Numbered from the stretch's first letter, positions 10,620-20,764 are shown. The stretch: DNA of 64,000 nt from Promethearchaeota archaeon Loki_b32 (GCA_005223125.1 NJBH01000003.1:164303-228302); one strand, 5' to 3'. Numbers and translations are program-made. Notes: generated by a model not told the origin, from the letters alone.

Positions 10620-10933
10620 ATGTCAGAAGCAGACGGAATTCACTGTCAAGTTTGTGGAAAAGATCAATTTTCTCTTGCTCACGATGAGTTAAATTCCTAA
10701 ATCAGGTTTTACGTCATTGGATGAGAAGGGCATTTCCCTTTGTCGAGCAAGGTCAATTAAAAATGTGTGCTGGATGTGGAGCAAAATATCTGGTTTGTGA
10801 GAGTTGTGGAGGTTTATATTGTCGAATTCATCCAGCTTTAGAGAGTTGGGAACTTCCTGATAAATGTTCTAAGTGTGGACATGTAAATAAAGATGTAACT
10901 GCCTGGGATGGTACATCTGCTCGTCACTTCTAA
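10620..10933 (+). CDS. 94-aa multi-CxxC zinc-finger protein split by a 29-nt intron (exons 10620-10688 and 10718-10933)
   Basis: Exon 1 MSEADGIHCQVCGKDQFSLAHDE joins WMRRAFPF...; product has CQVC, CAGC, CESC, CRIH and CSKC. Confidence 0.8.
10689..10717 (+). other. Candidate bulge-helix-bulge (BHB) mRNA intron
   Basis: Central helix GAUG/CGUC, 3-nt bulges AGU and AUU, inner stems UAAA/UUUA and CCU/AGG; cutting after the 2nd bulge nucleotide restores the frame and removes an in-frame TAA. Confidence 0.8.
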
Positions 10934-11115
10934 TATCCTTATATTACTTCGTTTATTTAATTTTAATTTTTTTAAAATGCTATTATTTTAATTAAAAGCT
11001 GTATTCTTTAATATCTCATCTGTTATTTTATTAAATTTAAGTCAAGAAAATTTAAATTTTAAAATTGCAATAATAATGTTAATAAGAAAGTTTATGACAT
11101 ACACGATGATTTAAC

Positions 11116-11598
11116 ATGAGTTCAAATATTAAAGTACAAGTCGCGAATCCTGAAGACATTGATGATTTAAGAGATTTAACAAAGCAATTAATTGAAGGAT
11201 TGGGGCAGAAATTTGATCCAAAACGCTTTGATTGGGGAATTCGACGTCGTCTTTATGATCCTCTTCAACGCCATGGAATACTATTAGCTTTAGATGAAGA
11301 TAATGATGATTTTGTGGGAATGATTATCGCAGAACTTAGAATTGATCCATTTGGATCATCAGAAGGAGCTATCAAGCAATTTTTTCTGAAAGAACCTTAT
11401 CGTAAGAAAGGAGTGGGGAGTCTTCTATTAGAAAAAGCATTAGAACATTTGAAAAAAATAAAAGTGGAGAAAATTAGGGTAAATATTAAGGAAAAAGCCG
11501 TAGGAGCAGCTAAGTTATATGAAAAAATGAACTTTAAAAAAGTTTATGAAGTCTTAGAATTAGACTTAATGAAAGAGAGCAAGTGGAATAAAGAATAA
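11116..11598 (+). CDS. GNAT family N-acetyltransferase
   Basis: YRKKGVGSLL acetyl-CoA-binding motif; AKLYEKMNF. Confidence 0.9.
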   Translation: MSSNIKVQVANPEDIDDLRDLTKQLIEGLGQKFDPKRFDWGIRRRLYDPLQRHGILLALDEDNDDFVGMIIAELRIDPFGSSEGAIKQFFLKEPYRKKGVGSLLLEKALEHLKKIKVEKIRVNIKEKAVGAAKLYEKMNFKKVYEVLELDLMKESKWNKE

Positions 11599-11607
11599 TT
11601 TGAAAAG

Positions 11608-12579
11608 ATGAGTTTAGAAATACCATGGGTCGAGAAATATCGCCCAAAGACATTTAATGATATTGTGAGTCAAAGTATTGCAATTAATAATCTTAAAAAA
11701 TTCGTACAGAATACTAATATACCACACCTTATTTTTACTGGCCCTGCGGGAACGGGAAAAACTAGTACTGCTTTAATAATAGCAAGACATTTTCTTAAAA
11801 AAGAAGAGTTAGATACCAATCTTTTAGAATTAAATGCTTCTGATACAGTTAGAATTGATTTTGTAAGAAATGTGTTAAAGAATTTTGTTAATCAAAGTCT
11901 TTTTAAAGATGGGTCTTTAAAATTTATTGTTTTAGATGAAGCAGATAATATTCCAGGACAAGTCCAACAAGCACTTAGAAGAATCATTGAAAAAACGTCT
12001 AATAACATAAAATTCATTCTTTTATGTAATTACATAAATAAGATAATAGATCCAATTATATCACGATGCGCTGTATTCAGATTTGTATCTTTACCAAAGG
12101 AGAAAATAATAGAAAGATTAAAATATATTAGTGAAGAAGAGAAATTAAAAATACCTTCTGAGAAGAGAGAAGAATTTTTTAAGCATTTGTTTTTTATTTC
12201 AGGAGGGGATTTAAGAAAAGCGATAAATACCCTTCAAATGTCGGTCGCTCTTGAACTTCTGGAAAATTTAGACTTAAATGAGATTTTAAAAATTTCAGGA
12301 TTTTTAGATGTGGGAACTTTGGAAAATCTAATTACAGCAATTAAAAATAAAGATTTTATTAAATCTAAAGAGATTATTCGGTTAATTGAAACCCTTGATA
12401 GCCGTAATTTCATAAGACAAATATCAGAAGTTTTACCATCACTAAATATTGCCCCTGTAAATATTATTAATTTAAAAACATATATTGGAGATATAGATTA
12501 TCGAATAAGCCAAGGAGCAGATGAATTTATACAGATTTCGGCACTTCTAGCAATGATAATTGAAAATGTTCAATCTTAA
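11608..12579 (+). CDS. rfcS: Replication factor C small subunit
   Basis: PWVEKYRP, GPAGTGKT, LELNASD, LDEAD, SRC. Confidence 0.95.
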   Translation: MSLEIPWVEKYRPKTFNDIVSQSIAINNLKKFVQNTNIPHLIFTGPAGTGKTSTALIIARHFLKKEELDTNLLELNASDTVRIDFVRNVLKNFVNQSLFKDGSLKFIVLDEADNIPGQVQQALRRIIEKTSNNIKFILLCNYINKIIDPIISRCAVFRFVSLPKEKIIERLKYISEEEKLKIPSEKREEFFKHLFFISGGDLRKAINTLQMSVALELLENLDLNEILKISGFLDVGTLENLITAIKNKDFIKSKEIIRLIETLDSRNFIRQISEVLPSLNIAPVNIINLKTYIGDIDYRISQGADEFIQISALLAMIIENVQS

Positions 12580-12621
12580 TTAATCATGAATACGAAATTT
12601 TAGAATCGAAGGTAATCAAAC

Positions 12622-13668
12622 TTGAATGAAGAAATCCCTATTTGGAGAATTAAGTACCATCCTAAGAATTTAGACCAAATTTGTGGAAGAAAAGAGGTTA
12701 AGGAAACCCTAAAGCACATCATTCAACAAAAAAATTTTCCACATATGTTATTTGTCGGATCGAAAGGTATTGGAAAAACATTAATTGCTCAATTATTTTC
12801 AAAAGAGTTTCTTGATAAAGATTATAATGCAAATTTTAAATTGATTTATGCTAATGTGCCACTAAATGAAGAAGAAAGGAAACAAGCGAGAGCTGATGCG
12901 TATGTTTCTACAAGTAAGATAGGAAGTAGTGCTGGAAGAAGAATAACGACTCCGGCTTTCATTCAAGCACGAGTAAAGCCTTTTGTTCAAGTGAAAGTTT
13001 TAGGAAGTGCCCCTTTTAAAATTTTAATAGTGAAAAATTTTGAAGCATTGGGTCAAAATCAACAAGGCTTTAGGAGATTAATGGAAATATATGGTAGAAA
13101 TTGCAGGATGATTTTAATTACTACTAAAATTTCAAGTATAATTAGCCCCATTGTTAGTAGATGTCAAATTGTATTAATTTCTGCTGTAAAGTTGAATCAT
13201 TTTAAAAATTTGATAAACAAAATTGCCGTCCAAGAATCTTTAGAGGTCTCTGATGAGGTTGTTGAAGTTTTATATAAAATTTCTGAAGGAAGAATATCTC
13301 GTGCTATAGATCTATTACAATTGAGCAGCATTTCGGGAAAGAGTATTGATATGGAAAAATTATATGAAAATTCTCAACAATTTAGCAATGATAATATAAG
13401 GAGCCTATTAATGGTAGCTTTTAAAGGAGACTTTCCAAAAGTTCGAGAATTATCGCGCAAAATCATTTCTAGCTATAAGTATGATATTCATGAATTTTTT
13501 AAGTTCATTATTGACGAAATTAATAAATTACCTTTAAGCAAATTTGTCCGGAGTAATTTAATAAATTTCATTGCAGATTCTGATTTCAGAGCACTTGAAG
13601 GGAGAGATATAGATATTCAAATATCTGCTCTGTTATCAAAGATTTGCCTGTTTTCAGAATTTATGTAA
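12622..13668 (+). CDS. Divergent second RFC small subunit (degenerate Walker B)
   Basis: WRIKYHP, GSKGIGKT, SRC arginine finger; Walker B position reads KNFEAL. Confidence 0.85.
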   Translation: MNEEIPIWRIKYHPKNLDQICGRKEVKETLKHIIQQKNFPHMLFVGSKGIGKTLIAQLFSKEFLDKDYNANFKLIYANVPLNEEERKQARADAYVSTSKIGSSAGRRITTPAFIQARVKPFVQVKVLGSAPFKILIVKNFEALGQNQQGFRRLMEIYGRNCRMILITTKISSIISPIVSRCQIVLISAVKLNHFKNLINKIAVQESLEVSDEVVEVLYKISEGRISRAIDLLQLSSISGKSIDMEKLYENSQQFSNDNIRSLLMVAFKGDFPKVRELSRKIISSYKYDIHEFFKFIIDEINKLPLSKFVRSNLINFIADSDFRALEGRDIDIQISALLSKICLFSEFM

Positions 13669-13680
13669 GGAGGTTAAAAT

Positions 13681-15036
13681 TTGTCAAAAGTGAAGACTGA
13701 AATTCCTTGGGTCGAGAAATACCGTCCAAATAGTGTCAAGGAAATGGCTTTACCCACAGCAAGGCTGGGGGGTCAAAGGGTGAGATTAGCTGAAGAATTA
13801 ATGAATTTTATTAAGTTATTTTTTGAAGAACGGAAACGAGTTAATGCAGAAAACAAACAGATTCGAGAGTTTAATAGAACTGTTATTGAAAAAGACCAAA
13901 AAGAAGAAATTAAAATTCCCTCTGAAAAAGCTGCGATTTTGTTAGAGGGTCCTCCGGGGATTGGAAAAACATCAATTGTTTACGCTCTTGCTAATGACTT
14001 CAATATGGACGTAATAGAAACAAATGCGTCTGATACACGAACAAGAGCTACGATAGAAAGAAGATTAAAGGAGACCACTAAGTCTCGTGGAATTATGGAT
14101 TTTATTACAGAATCTAAAGAGAAGTTAATTCTTATTGATGAAATTGATGGAATATATGGAGTTCAAGATAGAGGGGCAATACCTACTGTAATTGATCTAG
14201 CTCAGAATACACAATTTCCCATTATAATGTGTTCTAATGAATATAAAACAAATTTGCAGCAACTTTATAAAAAAGTTAGAAGATATGAAGTTCACCCATT
14301 ACCCAAACAAGAAGTAATAAAGATTGCTAAAAACATTCTTAAGAAGGAAAAAATCATAAATCTTAAAGAAGAGGATTTAGAATTAATTATTGATAAAAAT
14401 AATGGTGACTTAAGAGGAGTAATTAACGATCTTCAAGGAATTGGCCAAGGTAAGGTCAATGGAGATGTAAAGGAATTAATTCTTAGTTTACGCCGAGATA
14501 ATATAGAAGAAATATTTTCTCTAATAAGAAATTTATTTCAAGTAACCTCTTTAAGAGAAGCCCGCAACCTTATGGATAAATCTGATGTAGATTATAATTT
14601 CTTATATAAATGGATAAATGAGAATCTTTTAACATTCATAAAATCTAAAAGAGAACTTTCTGTTGCTTTTGAAAATCTTTCAATAGCAGATGAAATCTTC
14701 GGAAGAATTCGTACTAATCAATATTGGGGATTATTACCTTACTTTTTTGACCTTTTTGCGGGAGGTGTTGCTCTATCCAGAAAAGAAACTCCTGCTCCCA
14801 AAGGTTTTCGAAGAGTAGTATTCCCTAGATATACTACTGGTACTTACTTCTCTTTAACGAATGTAGAAAAAGAATTTATTGAGAAAATTAATAGAAAGTA
14901 TGAAATTTCACAAGTTGATTTCATTAAAGATTTTCTTCCATTCTTAAAAATCTTATGTGGAACATCAAGAAAACAACTCAAAAGCATAAGTGATTGGTTA
15001 GAATTAGATGCAAAAGAAAAAAAGTTATTGAAATAA
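13681..15036 (+). CDS. rfcL: Replication factor C large subunit
   Basis: PWVEKYRP, GPPGIGKT, IETNASD, IDEIDG, WINEN. Confidence 0.93.
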   Translation: MSKVKTEIPWVEKYRPNSVKEMALPTARLGGQRVRLAEELMNFIKLFFEERKRVNAENKQIREFNRTVIEKDQKEEIKIPSEKAAILLEGPPGIGKTSIVYALANDFNMDVIETNASDTRTRATIERRLKETTKSRGIMDFITESKEKLILIDEIDGIYGVQDRGAIPTVIDLAQNTQFPIIMCSNEYKTNLQQLYKKVRRYEVHPLPKQEVIKIAKNILKKEKIINLKEEDLELIIDKNNGDLRGVINDLQGIGQGKVNGDVKELILSLRRDNIEEIFSLIRNLFQVTSLREARNLMDKSDVDYNFLYKWINENLLTFIKSKRELSVAFENLSIADEIFGRIRTNQYWGLLPYFFDLFAGGVALSRKETPAPKGFRRVVFPRYTTGTYFSLTNVEKEFIEKINRKYEISQVDFIKDFLPFLKILCGTSRKQLKSISDWLELDAKEKKLLK

Positions 15037-15423
15037 CCTATAATTATCAAAAAATTATAAAAAAAAATTTAGTTTGCTCGATATTTGGCAAGTTGTTCTG
15101 CATAAATTTTCCAAGCTTCATCATAAAATTATATGCAAATCAGATAGATTTAATAAAAAATTAAACATCTCTCCAAAAATGAGTAGATCAATTAGTTCAT
15201 AAAGTATGATCTAAAAGAATAACAATTATCATATTTAAATGTTTAAAGGTAAAAGCCCTATTAGGTTTATCAGTTTTATAATATAGTCCACATTTTTTAT
15301 TCTTAACATTAACCCACGTTTATTATTCCAAATAGCCTTTTCACTAGAATATTTAAATATTCAAATACACTCTCTAATCCAAGAATTTAAAATAATAAGT
15401 AAATTTTTATTTAAAGGGTAAAA

Positions 15424-16041
15424 ATGACTGATATTGAAGCTGTTAAAGAAGTTGAAACTTTTTTATCTAGAAGTACCCGATTGACCATACAAATAGTGGG
15501 GGCTGCAATTTTTGGTGCATTATCTTTGGTTTTTTCGCTTTATGTAGTACCATATTTACCAAGAACCCCAGAAGGTTTTGCGTTTTTTGATCCTGTATCA
15601 ATTATATGGGTAACATGTTTTCTAATATTTGGTCCTTTAGCAGGAATTTTATGTTCTTTAATTGGAATGGTTGCTCTTTTTCCATTTGATCCATTTACTC
15701 CAATTGGCCCTCTAATGAAGTTTTCAGCAACATTTTCATTAATTATTGTTCCAATAATATTGTTATACTTGTTTAAAAGACAAAAAGGAGAGAGGTTGAG
15801 TCAAAGATTAAAAGAACCTAAAACGTATATTATATATGGAGCTTTAGGTGTTGCACTTAGAATAATTGTAATGGTAATTTTAAATATTATAGTTTATTTA
15901 CATTTCTACGGCTCTGAAGGATTAGAATACTGGATAGTACTAGTAATTTTACTTAATGCTCTAACTAGTGTATGGGATTTATTATTTTCCTACTTACTTG
16001 TATTCACATCTAAACTTGATGAAAAATTCGAAATTTGGTAA
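15424..16041 (+). CDS. Membrane protein, ECF transporter S-component-like
   Basis: AAIFGALS, FDPVSI, FGPLAG and ~5-6 TM segments. Confidence 0.7.
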   Translation: MTDIEAVKEVETFLSRSTRLTIQIVGAAIFGALSLVFSLYVVPYLPRTPEGFAFFDPVSIIWVTCFLIFGPLAGILCSLIGMVALFPFDPFTPIGPLMKFSATFSLIIVPIILLYLFKRQKGERLSQRLKEPKTYIIYGALGVALRIIVMVILNIIVYLHFYGSEGLEYWIVLVILLNALTSVWDLLFSYLLVFTSKLDEKFEIW

Positions 16042-16055
16042 TTTCTTTATTATTA

Positions 16056-16230
16056 ATCAATTTTTTTCTTCTTTAAACTCATTCCAAAAAGAAATCAAAA
16101 AATCGTGCACAATGAAAATGAAAACTAAAAAAAAGGCAATTATTCGGAGCCAATCGATATCATAACGTCTTTCATACTTAACTGTACTTTCAATTAAATT
16201 TCCATTATTTTTTGATTTCAATAAGTTCAC
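16056..16230 (-). pseudogene. Frameshifted N-terminal remnant of an acyltransferase-3 (OpgC/MdoC-like) gene
   Basis: Minus strand reads ERRYDIDWLRIIAFFLVFI, then shifts frame into HCARF and terminates. Confidence 0.7.
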
Positions 16231-16362
16231 TTCTCATAGATCCTTAAACTAGGACTATTATGACAAAATCATTTATATACTTTTAATTAATACATCATTG
16301 GATTATATTATATTTTTCAAACCAATTTTAAAATTAAAAAAGAATAGGAGGGGAATTTTACT

Positions 16363-17160
16363 ATTTTAGAAAAGGAATTTAAATATATTTTGTATAAAAA
16401 TGAAAATGGAATAGGAAATATTATACTTAATCGCCCAGCAAAACTAAATGCCTTGCAATATCCATTATTAATGGAAATTGTGAACGTTTTGGAATCTTTT
16501 AAAAAAGATAAAACAGTTCGGGTAATTGTAATCGAAGGAAATGGTAAAGATTTCTGTTCCGGTGACGATTTGGAAAGCATGGGACCAGAGGGCGTTAAAT
16601 CTGCTCCATTAGAAGATGGTTCAAAGATGCCTCATCATAGGGTTGTAAAACTAATAAGAGAAATAGAAAAGCCAGTTATAGCTTTATTGCATGGATATTG
16701 CCTAGGAGCAGGATTTGATATTGCCCTTGCTTGTGATTTTAGATTAGCAGCAGATAATTTGAAAATTGGGGACCATCGTACTACAAGAGCTCATTGTGTC
16801 TTAAGCGGGGCAAGTTGGTTTCTTCCAAGAATTGTTGGTTTTGGAAGAGCAACAGAAATAATCTTAAGTGGCAGACATCTTGATGCAAAGGAAGCTCTAG
16901 ATATTGGTTTGGTAAATCAAGTATACCCCTTTGAAAAATACAAGCAAAAATCATTGGAATTTATAGAAAAAATAGTTAATATGCCAACAAAATGCCTCGG
17001 TTATAATAAAGCTATGCTAAACTTCTCACAATATAATGAATTATTTCCATCATTACAAAATGAGTTTAGATTATATTGTAAAAATATAAGAACTAAAGAT
17101 TTCGGAGAAGGAATGAAATCATTTATGAAAAAGAGAGATCCTAAATTCATTGGAAGGTAA
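16363..17160 (+). CDS. Enoyl-CoA hydratase/isomerase (probable ATT start)
   Basis: FCSGDDL, KPVIALLHGYCLGAG; ILEKEFKYILY aligns with MLVEEFKQIKY of the paralog at 1887; GGAGGGG 9 nt upstream. Confidence 0.9.
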   Translation: MLEKEFKYILYKNENGIGNIILNRPAKLNALQYPLLMEIVNVLESFKKDKTVRVIVIEGNGKDFCSGDDLESMGPEGVKSAPLEDGSKMPHHRVVKLIREIEKPVIALLHGYCLGAGFDIALACDFRLAADNLKIGDHRTTRAHCVLSGASWFLPRIVGFGRATEIILSGRHLDAKEALDIGLVNQVYPFEKYKQKSLEFIEKIVNMPTKCLGYNKAMLNFSQYNELFPSLQNEFRLYCKNIRTKDFGEGMKSFMKKRDPKFIGR

Positions 17161-17245
17161 ATATTCAGTAATTTATATTGTTAAACCATAGTATTTTTCT
17201 AAAAATACTATTCAAATTTAAAATTTAAGATTAATTTTCAAGGAT

Positions 17246-18508
17246 ATGGAACTTACAAAAGAGATTCAAAAATTTCTTCTTAATGATGCATTAGAGCGTT
17301 TTTTACGGTATGTGAAAATTTGGACTACCTCCGATGAGAGTGCAGAATCGGTTCCATCTACAAAAGTCCAATTAGATCTAGGAAAAGTGTTAGTCGAGGA
17401 ATTGAAAGAATTGAACCTTGATAATATTGTTCTAGATGAATATGGATTTGTTTATGCATATCTCCCTCCAAGTAAGGGTTTTGAAAACGTACAATCTTTT
17501 GGTTTATTAGCTCATATAGATACATCCCCCGCAGTAAGTGGAAAGGATGTAAAACCTGTTATCCATCGAAATTATGATGGAAAAAATATAAAATTTGCTC
17601 AAGATAAAGATTTAATTTTGACTTTTGAAGATTCTCCTAATTTAGAAGAATATATAGGGCTAGATATTATTACATCTGAGGGAGATACTTTATTGGGAGC
17701 AGATGATAAAGCAGGTATTGCAGAAATTATGGCTGCTTGTAATGCCTGGAGAAAATTCGATAAGTTAAAACACGGTCCAATATATATTTGTTTTACTCCT
17801 GATGAAGAAATTGGACTAGGAATTGATAAAGTTGATAAAAATAAAATCCCTGAAATATGTTATACAGTAGATGGCGGTGAAATGGGTGAAATGGAATTCG
17901 AATGTTTTGATGCATGGTTAGCTCAATTTAAATTTAAAGGTTTAAGTGTTCATCCTGGCCACGCAAAAAATAAGATGATTAATGCAATTCAAATTGCGAG
18001 TCGGTATTTTAGTGAACTACCAGAATCTGAAGCACCAGAAAGCACAGAGGAAAGGGAAGGATATTTTCATTTAGCTAAAATGCAGGGTGGTGCAGAGGAA
18101 GCGACAGCAAGAATGATAATACGAGACTTTATTTTAAAAAATAACCAAAGACGTATGGATTACATAAAAAGTTTAAAACAAACATATGAGATTCGTTATC
18201 CTGGGTTAAAAATTGAAATAGATTTCAAGTATCAGTATCAAAATATGGTTAAATATATTGAGAAAAAACCAATTGTTGTTGACTTAGTTAAACAAGCAAT
18301 GGAAAAGGTTGGATTAGAAGTTAAAACTCACCCAATAAGAGGAGGTACAGATGGAGCCCGATTAAGTGTTGCAGGAATTCCAACACCAAATATTTTTACA
18401 GGAGGTCAATTATTTCATTCTAGAAAAGAATATATACCCACTTTAGCATTACAAAAATCAGCTGAAGTTCTATTATATTTAGCCCATTTATGGACACAGC
18501 AAAAATAG
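17246..18508 (+). CDS. pepT: Peptidase T (M20B tripeptidase)
   Basis: AHIDTS, LLGADDKAG, FTPDEEIG, IRGGTDG, FHS. Confidence 0.95.
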   Translation: MELTKEIQKFLLNDALERFLRYVKIWTTSDESAESVPSTKVQLDLGKVLVEELKELNLDNIVLDEYGFVYAYLPPSKGFENVQSFGLLAHIDTSPAVSGKDVKPVIHRNYDGKNIKFAQDKDLILTFEDSPNLEEYIGLDIITSEGDTLLGADDKAGIAEIMAACNAWRKFDKLKHGPIYICFTPDEEIGLGIDKVDKNKIPEICYTVDGGEMGEMEFECFDAWLAQFKFKGLSVHPGHAKNKMINAIQIASRYFSELPESEAPESTEEREGYFHLAKMQGGAEEATARMIIRDFILKNNQRRMDYIKSLKQTYEIRYPGLKIEIDFKYQYQNMVKYIEKKPIVVDLVKQAMEKVGLEVKTHPIRGGTDGARLSVAGIPTPNIFTGGQLFHSRKEYIPTLALQKSAEVLLYLAHLWTQQK

Positions 18509-18522
18509 AGTTTATAAACAGG

Positions 18523-19320
18523 TTACATCTTATTTAATCTTCCTATCGTAGCTAAAGCAATATCTCCTTCAAGATTTACGCAATCTTTATAACGTTCATC
18601 TCTCCAAGATATATTCCAACCATCAAGAGGGTTATAATAACTATAAAAGATTGCACCAAATTTAGTATTAGTTTGATTACATATTGTTGCTAAAACATTA
18701 AATTCTCCATTTTCCATTGAGATACAGCCCTTCTTTTGTAATTCATCGATTTCTTGTTTATTTATCCGATAGAATGCTTCTTTACTATAATTTTTACCAA
18801 CATGGTAGTTGTTTGTTCTTTTCTCTGTTTCTGCTGTGAGAGTTTCTACAACTTCTTTATTTACTTCAATTTCTTCATTTAACTCTCTACCATAATGTAT
18901 CGTTGTTCCATCTGGTCCTAAACCATGTGTAGGTATAATATAATCAAGTAATTTTACTTTCTCTCCAATCCCCCACGAACCACAAACAAGAAGAATCACT
19001 TTTGCTCCACAAAATATTAAATCTTCTGCAATTGAAGCCATAGGTGAAGCCCCCATTTGTGGTAATATTACTGTAATTGATATATCTTTATACTTACCTC
19101 GATGGATTTTTTCACCGCCATATGGGTGAAATGGTAATAACCATTCTGATTCTTCTAAATTGGCTTTTTCCTTTAAATAAGTTAATAAACCTCCAGAAAA
19201 AATAATCATAACATTAGGATCTATCTGAAAGTCCTTCAGTTTTTTATTAGAAGCTTTCATTGCAGCTTGAATTACATCTTTAGAAGTAAGACACAAATTA
19301 TCTTTCATAGCCTTTAACAC
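18523..19320 (-). CDS. Nucleoside phosphorylase (PNP/UDP) family
   Basis: MGAS..A...EDL, CGSWG, DGT, SMENGE. Confidence 0.75.
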   Translation of the reverse strand: MLKAMKDNLCLTSKDVIQAAMKASNKKLKDFQIDPNVMIIFSGGLLTYLKEKANLEESEWLLPFHPYGGEKIHRGKYKDISITVILPQMGASPMASIAEDLIFCGAKVILLVCGSWGIGEKVKLLDYIIPTHGLGPDGTTIHYGRELNEEIEVNKEVVETLTAETEKRTNNYHVGKNYSKEAFYRINKQEIDELQKKGCISMENGEFNVLATICNQTNTKFGAIFYSYYNPLDGWNISWRDERYKDCVNLEGDIALATIGRLNKM

Positions 19321-19390
19321 CTTTTACAACCAATTTTCCAAGCTATTTAATTGTTTAGGTAATCTCTGGAATAATTTGTAATAAACAAAA

Positions 19391-20641
19391 TCAATTCTTT
19401 TTCTGGAGAATTTTAGAAAAATCAGTGAAAGCAAACACAATTATACAAATAAATAATAAAATTGAGACATAAATAAATGCCCAAGTATATGAAAAGAAAT
19501 CGTAAATTAATCCAAAAATAAGAGATTCTGCCATAGAGATAAGTCCTACAGAGAGGTAATAATAACCATAAGCCCTACCTCTTTTATTTTTTCCTGCTAA
19601 ATCGGCGATATAAGCTCTTGAAATTGGGTCAACAGAAGACATGTAGAAACCATATAATATGTAAATTATAATAATTAATATCAATGAAAATGATGATGTT
19701 TCAACAGGGAATATCAAGATAAGGCAAGAAAATAGTAACATGGATAAACCGATAATAATTACAGGCTTGCGTCCGATTTTATCTGAAACTGTTCCTGTAA
19801 TTGGTGAAAAAAACATATAAACGACATTACTAAGGAGATAAAGCAGCGGTATTAAGAAAATTAATGGCCCGATATAATCATTGGATCTAATAATAAGAAA
19901 TGATACATCTAAGCTGGCAAACTCTATTACTCCTAAAATGATAATTAATTTTATAAATTTTTTGTCGATTTCATCTATTTTTGGTATTCCATAATACTTT
20001 AGCTTTTTTTCATCCAATTTTGTTGGATCAATATCTTTCACCATTAAAATAAAAAAAATAGCACAGAACCCTGGAAATATAGAAAAAAAGATTATTTGTG
20101 AGTATGTCCATGCCCAAATTAAGAATAGAGATGCTAAGAGGGAGCCAACAACAGCCCCAAAAGTATCCATCGCACGGTGCATTCCAAAAGCTTTTCCTGT
20201 CTTAATAGCATGATAAGAAATTAATGTATCTCTAGAAGAAGTTCTTAACCCTTTACCAATGCGATCAGTAGCTTTTAATCCTAATATATACTGCCAAGAA
20301 GGACTAAAACCAATAAAAGGCTTTGAAAGATTAGAGATAGAATATCCTGCAACGACAAATGGCTTTCTTTTGTTTATTTTATCACTTAACCACCCTGAAA
20401 AACCTTTCAAAATATTTGAGAGTGCCGTAGTAACTCCAGAAATTAATCCTAAAATGAACACTGTTCCACCAATAGAAATAATAAATAAAGGTAAAATAGC
20501 TTGGATCATCTCTGAAGAAACATCAGTAAAAAATGAAACAATGCCCATAATGAAGATAGGTACTGAGACCCCTAAAATCATTTTCTTTTTTTGAGTATCT
20601 TTTTCATTTGAATCGTCATTTTTAGGCTTTGACATTTTCAA
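19391..20641 (-). CDS. MFS transporter
   Basis: SFFTDVSSEM, GWLSDKINKRKP, DRIGKGLR, SDKIGRKP. Confidence 0.92.
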   Translation of the reverse strand: MKMSKPKNDDSNEKDTQKKKMILGVSVPIFIMGIVSFFTDVSSEMIQAILPLFIISIGGTVFILGLISGVTTALSNILKGFSGWLSDKINKRKPFVVAGYSISNLSKPFIGFSPSWQYILGLKATDRIGKGLRTSSRDTLISYHAIKTGKAFGMHRAMDTFGAVVGSLLASLFLIWAWTYSQIIFFSIFPGFCAIFFILMVKDIDPTKLDEKKLKYYGIPKIDEIDKKFIKLIIILGVIEFASLDVSFLIIRSNDYIGPLIFLIPLLYLLSNVVYMFFSPITGTVSDKIGRKPVIIIGLSMLLFSCLILIFPVETSSFSLILIIIIYILYGFYMSSVDPISRAYIADLAGKNKRGRAYGYYYLSVGLISMAESLIFGLIYDFFSYTWAFIYVSILLFICIIVFAFTDFSKILQKKN

Positions 20642-20674
20642 TCAATCTTTTTTATCATTAATGAATTTGTTTAA

Positions 20675-20702
20675 TATCGATTACCGATATCGGTTTTCGA
20701 TA
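20675..20702. promoter_or_regulatory. 28-bp palindrome, candidate PadR operator
   Basis: TATCGA-tt-ACCGATATCGGT-tt-TCGATA between the divergent MFS and PadR genes. Confidence 0.7.
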
Positions 20703-20764
20703 ATATTAAATTTGAATAATAACTTATTAATATTATTGAATTTCAAATTTTTCTATAAAAAAAA

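Noticed and set aside
15069-15130. Minus-strand coding-like stretch YDEAWKIYAEQLAKYRAN
   Set aside because: No start or continuous frame; an unassignable remnant.
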